A stretch of DNA of 19,446 nt from Candidatus Brocadiia bacterium. GTDB lineage: Bacteria > Planctomycetota > Brocadiia > CAIUPP01. The stretch lies in the NCBI GenBank assembly GCA_050015075.1, contig JBEKCB010000051.1, positions 1 to 19,446 of the forward strand, given 5' to 3'. Below, piece after piece: positions 15,797 to 19,446 of this stretch. Both the position numbers and the translations under genes were made by a program. Within the stretch, counting starts at the first letter, position 1, and each line of letters begins with the position of its first letter. The notes under the pieces were generated by a model. It saw nothing but the letters and a program-made list of their open reading frames with translations, had not been told where the DNA came from and did not search any database.

Positions 15797-17968
15797 TCAG
15801 CGCCAGCGGCGACCGTGTCCCCAGCCGCCCCAGGGATGACCCGGACCGATCCAAACCGGGCCGACGCCGATCGCCCAGCGGCCGCCGATCCAGACCCATC
15901 CGGTCGGACCCCAATTCCAGTAGCCGTCGTTCCAGTAATAGTCCGGACCGGGGCTGGGCGGCATCGCTTCCACGGGCGGAGGCGGCGGGTCGTACGGAGC
16001 GGCGGCCATCGGCGCCTGCGGTTGCGCCGGGGGCGCTGCGGGCTGCGCGGCGGCGGCTTCCGCACCCGGCGCGGCATGGGTAGCGGTCAGCGCGGCAGGC
16101 GGCATCTTCGCCAGGTCGGGCGGCAGGTTCTGCGCCGCGACCGCCGCCCACGGGCCGTAAAGCGATTTCGCGGTGAACCACTGGTTCGCGATCAGCGCGT
16201 AGTACTGGTTGGCCCTCAAGTCCAGGAAGATGGGGTCGTCCGTGTTCTTGACTTGAAGGAGGTTCGCGCCCTCGACCGGGAACAGTTGCGGCGGGCCGTC
16301 GGTCTGGATCAGGTCCATGGGGACGGTGCTGACGCGGATGGCGGGCGGCATCTTGGGTTGCGGAATGCCCGGCTCCGGCCGCATCAGATCCACCATCCGG
16401 GTGGCGGCGGCGGCCTCACGGGCCTGCGCCAGGATCGGCGGCGGGTTGTCCAGGTACGTCCACGGCCCTTCGATCGCCGGGGCGCCATACCAGGAGTCCA
16501 GCGCCGTCAGGAAGAACTGCGGCCCTACCTTGATGATGAGCGCCCGCGTATTGGTGACGCGCTCGGCGTCCACGCCGGCCATGGGCTTGAGCACCGGCTG
16601 CCCGTCCACCAGAACGAGGATCGTCGGGGTCGTCACGAAGAGGATGCCCGGCGCCGCGTTCGCCGCGCCCGAGCCGAGCGCGGCCTTCACGTCCGCCGAG
16701 AGGGCGAAGGAGGCCTCTAGCGCGTCGAGCGGAATCGTCCTCGCGCCGGCCGGCGCGAGTTTGCGGAAGCCTTCGAGGTATTGGGCGTCCTTTTCGGGCG
16801 CGGTGGCGAACGACACCTTGGTGACATGGAAATCGTGGAAGGTCATGGTCCGATCGGCCTTGTTCAGTTCCGCGGCGGCGGTCAGCGACGCCACTCCGTA
16901 GATCGGCTCGCTGGCCGCGACGGACACCGCCGCCTGGCCGGAGATCTGATCGCCGGTCCATTTCTGAATATTCGGCTGGTACATCGTCAGGGTGGCTGCG
17001 CCTTCCGGGATGGAGCGCGGCCAGGTCAGGCCCTGATTGGCCGGGGCCGGCTCATTCGCCGGCGCGGGAGCAGCGGCAGGAGCGGGAGCGGCGGCTGCGG
17101 GTGCGGCAGGAGCGGCGGCAGGCGCCGCGGCCGACGGCGAGGACGCCGGAACGGGCTCGCTGATGATCTTGCCCACCTGCGCCCGCTGCGGAAGTCCCCT
17201 GCATGTTTTCGCGATGACGGACCGCATCAGTTGAGCCAGGTTCTGCTCCAGGGCCGAGCCCGCCACGCCGCCGCCCAGGGCGCCGGCCACGCCGCCGATG
17301 ATCGCCCCGTTCGTATGCCCGATGGCCGATCCCAGCAATATGCCGCCGGTCGCGCCCACCACGGCTCCGCCTAAAGTGGCCAGCCCGCTCTTCAGCGAGC
17401 CTGTCCCTTCGCCGGCCCAGAGCAGCATGCCGGTCTGCACGTCCAGCATCTTGGCGGTTATGGAGATATCCTCTCCGTTCTGCGTCACGTAGCCGGGGCG
17501 CTGCCGAACCTCCCAATGGCCGGGTTCCCACACCCAGCCGCCGTAGTAGTCCGGGCGCCAGTGTCCGCGGACCCAGTATGACTCGGAGCTGGGCGGGACC
17601 ATGTAGGTGCTCGGCGTGCTGACGTTGACGACGACGACAGCGGAGACGTTACGGATGGCGAGCTTCGCGCGCATCTCCGGGCTGGTGATGCCGGATTCGT
17701 TCTGGAACGCGGCCTCGTTGATCAGGTCCGCGAGGTTGGCGCGGTCAACTACGTCGTAGCCTTTCTGAAGGACCTGCATGGCGAACAGGTCGGCGATCTC
17801 CTGCTGCTGCCCCGGGTTGCCGGCGTTCATCGAGATGAGCACTGCGACTCTGCCGACGGTATTGAAGTCGTAGTCGGGCTTGACGAAACTCGTGCCCGAG
17901 GAACACGCCGTCAGCGCGCCCAAAAGCCCGCAGAGTGCGACAATCGCCCACGTCCTGAACTTCTTCAC
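15797..17968 (-). CDS. Multidomain lipoprotein (CsgG/LpoB-like N-domain with glycine zipper and WxxGxW repeats, Ala/Pro linker, uncharacterised middle domain, C-terminal WxxGxW tail)
   Basis: GTG at 17968 has GAGGAG 6 nt upstream. Lipobox LTA-C. Motifs GYDVVDR, AKMLDVQTG.LLW, GAVVGATGG.., YWVRGHW/VWEPGHW and YWNDGYW/VWIGGRW. Confidence 0.8.
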   Translation of the reverse strand: MKKFRTWAIVALCGLLGALTACSSGTSFVKPDYDFNTVGRVAVLISMNAGNPGQQQEIADLFAMQVLQKGYDVVDRANLADLINEAAFQNESGITSPEMRAKLAIRNVSAVVVVNVSTPSTYMVPPSSESYWVRGHWRPDYYGGWVWEPGHWEVRQRPGYVTQNGEDISITAKMLDVQTGMLLWAGEGTGSLKSGLATLGGAVVGATGGILLGSAIGHTNGAIIGGVAGALGGGVAGSALEQNLAQLMRSVIAKTCRGLPQRAQVGKIISEPVPASSPSAAAPAAAPAAPAAAAPAPAAAPAPANEPAPANQGLTWPRSIPEGAATLTMYQPNIQKWTGDQISGQAAVSVAASEPIYGVASLTAAAELNKADRTMTFHDFHVTKVSFATAPEKDAQYLEGFRKLAPAGARTIPLDALEASFALSADVKAALGSGAANAAPGILFVTTPTILVLVDGQPVLKPMAGVDAERVTNTRALIIKVGPQFFLTALDSWYGAPAIEGPWTYLDNPPPILAQAREAAAATRMVDLMRPEPGIPQPKMPPAIRVSTVPMDLIQTDGPPQLFPVEGANLLQVKNTDDPIFLDLRANQYYALIANQWFTAKSLYGPWAAVAAQNLPPDLAKMPPAALTATHAAPGAEAAAAQPAAPPAQPQAPMAAAPYDPPPPPVEAMPPSPGPDYYWNDGYWNWGPTGWVWIGGRWAIGVGPVWIGPGHPWGGWGHGRRWR

Positions 17969-18019
17969 GACACTCTCCTCTCGCGAATTGACCAACGATT
18001 CCCGCCCCATGGCGGGTGT

Positions 18020-18049
18020 AATTTACCACTTCCCGGCGAATGTCGTCAA
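18020..18049 (-). promoter_or_regulatory. Sigma70-type promoter for the lipoprotein gene
   Basis: Minus strand TTGACG-N18-TAAATT with extended TGn. Confidence 0.55.
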
Positions 18050-18082
18050 GGTAACATGCCTGCACCACTCCCGTTTCCGATG

Positions 18083-18091
18083 TGGTAGAAT
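18083..18091 (+). promoter_or_regulatory. Extended -10 promoter for the divergent gene
   Basis: TGgTAGAAT about 100 bp upstream of ATG 18193. No good -35. Confidence 0.45.
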
Positions 18092-18192
18092 GTCGAACGG
18101 CTCGTGGAACTTTTGTCTCGGACCGGCATCTAATGAACTAGCCTGCCGCAGCGGCGGCACGCCTGTTTTTTGACCAGCGAAAAGGGATCGGC

Positions 18193-19446
18193 ATGAAACG
18201 CAAAACATTCCTGTGCGCGCTGCTCTCGGTTCCGGCACTGGTGCTGATGACGTTCGCGGCCTCGCCTGAAAAGCCGGACCGCGGGGCGGCCTGGAAACTG
18301 ATGAACGACGGCAATTTCAAGGAGGCCTTCGACGGCTTCTCCGCGCTGGCGCTCGATCCGGCCGACGATCAAGTTCAGGTCGGCAGCGACCTGACGCAGG
18401 CCGTCGCGTGCCTGCGGCAGCTCAACCGCGTGGCGGAATTCGACGCCTTCATCGAGAAGGTCATCCTCGCCCACAAGGACAACGGGCGGCTGCTGTTCGC
18501 CGCGGCTGGAGATTACCATCTCGTGGACCACCAGGGCTCGATCGTGGCGGGCAATTTCATCCGCGGCCCGCATCGCGGCGGCACGGCGAGGTACGTCAGC
18601 GCCTTGGAGCGCGACCGCGTCCGCGCGCTGCAGCTCATGGTCCAGGCGATGGGCGCGGAGAAGGCCGAGAAGTTGGGCGGGCAGTTCTACTTCTCGCTGG
18701 CGAGCATGCTGCTCGGCAACCGCGGCGGCGACGCCTGGCGCCTGCAGTACCTGACCGACCTGGACAAGCTGCCGGACTACGAGGAGGGCTATTATTTCGG
18801 CGGCGGCCGCGGCATCGGCGCGCCGGTCAACGCCGACGGAACGCCCGTCTTTTACCACCTGCCCGAAAGCTGGAAGGCCGCGCAGAACGACGGCGAGCGC
18901 TGGCGCTGGGCGCTGCACATGGCCGCCGAGGTCGCCCCGGTGATGACCGCACAGGCCGAGATGACCTTCGCCGATTTCCTCCGCTCGCAGTTCGGCACGG
19001 AGACGCTGGCCGAGTACCGCGGGTTCTTCGGCCGCGGCTTCTCGGACGGCGAACGAAAGGACGAAAGCGGCACGTACGCGCTTCACACGCTCGGCGAGGA
19101 CGAGACCATCGCGCGGCTCGCCACCGGCGTCAAGCGCTTCAAGCTGCCTGACGAGTTCAACTACATACTGATTTACAAGCACGTCGCCGACGAGAATGCA
19201 CCCAACTGGACGGGCCAGGCGCTCGATAAGCTGGCCGATCTCTTCGAGAACCGCCGGCAATACGAGAAGTCGGCGGACTACTGGCGCCGGAGCATCGCGC
19301 TCGGCGATCCGCAAGGGTGGAAGCAGAAGCGGCTCGACCAGATCGAGGGCAACTGGGGCCGGTTCGAGCCGATCGGCACGCAGCCGGCCGGGCCCGTGGG
19401 CGCGACGGTGGAGTTCCGCTTCCGCAACGGCAGGAAGGTCAGCTTC
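18193..19446 (+). CDS. Secreted alpha-2-macroglobulin-family (MG2 domain) protein, N-terminal part; truncated by window edge
   Basis: Hand translation is open from ATG 18193 (RBS AAAGGGA) to the window end. Signal peptide MKRKTFLCALLSVPALVLMTFAA. Motifs DGERWRWAL, ETIARLATGVKRFKLPDEFN, FENRRQY and NWGRFEP..TQPAG..ATVEFRFRNG are recalled from planctomycete A2M-like proteins. The diagnostic domains lie outside the window. Confidence 0.75.
   Translation, partial: MKRKTFLCALLSVPALVLMTFAASPEKPDRGAAWKLMNDGNFKEAFDGFSALALDPADDQVQVGSDLTQAVACLRQLNRVAEFDAFIEKVILAHKDNGRLLFAAAGDYHLVDHQGSIVAGNFIRGPHRGGTARYVSALERDRVRALQLMVQAMGAEKAEKLGGQFYFSLASMLLGNRGGDAWRLQYLTDLDKLPDYEEGYYFGGGRGIGAPVNADGTPVFYHLPESWKAAQNDGERWRWALHMAAEVAPVMTAQAEMTFADFLRSQFGTETLAEYRGFFGRGFSDGERKDESGTYALHTLGEDETIARLATGVKRFKLPDEFNYILIYKHVADENAPNWTGQALDKLADLFENRRQYEKSADYWRRSIALGDPQGWKQKRLDQIEGNWGRFEPIGTQPAGPVGATVEFRFRNGRKVSF

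Noticed and set aside
18130-19314. 394-aa minus-strand ORF and 247-aa plus ORF 18408..19151
   Set aside because: Shadows of the real plus-strand gene starting at 18193, which the track missed because it has no stop within the window.

Overview
High-GC bacterial window, probably from a Planctomycetota-like genome (inferred from the alpha-2-macroglobulin-type gene and the repeat styles). The left half (206-10445, all minus strand) is an apparent operon of seven tandem paralogous ~400-425 aa proteins of unknown function (P1-P7), with a predicted helical-barrel, carbohydrate-enzyme-like fold. Six carry signal peptides and one does not. They share a near-constant scaffold with one hypervariable loop, and the array ends in a DUF4380/mutarotase-like gene. 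GTAG-type REP doublets sit at two junctions, and one supplies the stop codon of P3. Upstream lie a Gfo/Idh/MocA oxidoreductase, a TMTC-like membrane TPR protein, an intergenic array of about five 138-bp hairpin-rich tandem repeats, a URO-D/MtaA-family gene and a multidomain lipoprotein. A divergent alpha-2-macroglobulin-like gene runs off the right edge and is missing from the ORF track. The best candidates for undescribed biology are the diversified seven-paralog array and the 138-bp structured repeat array. All family calls are from motif recognition, not database searches.
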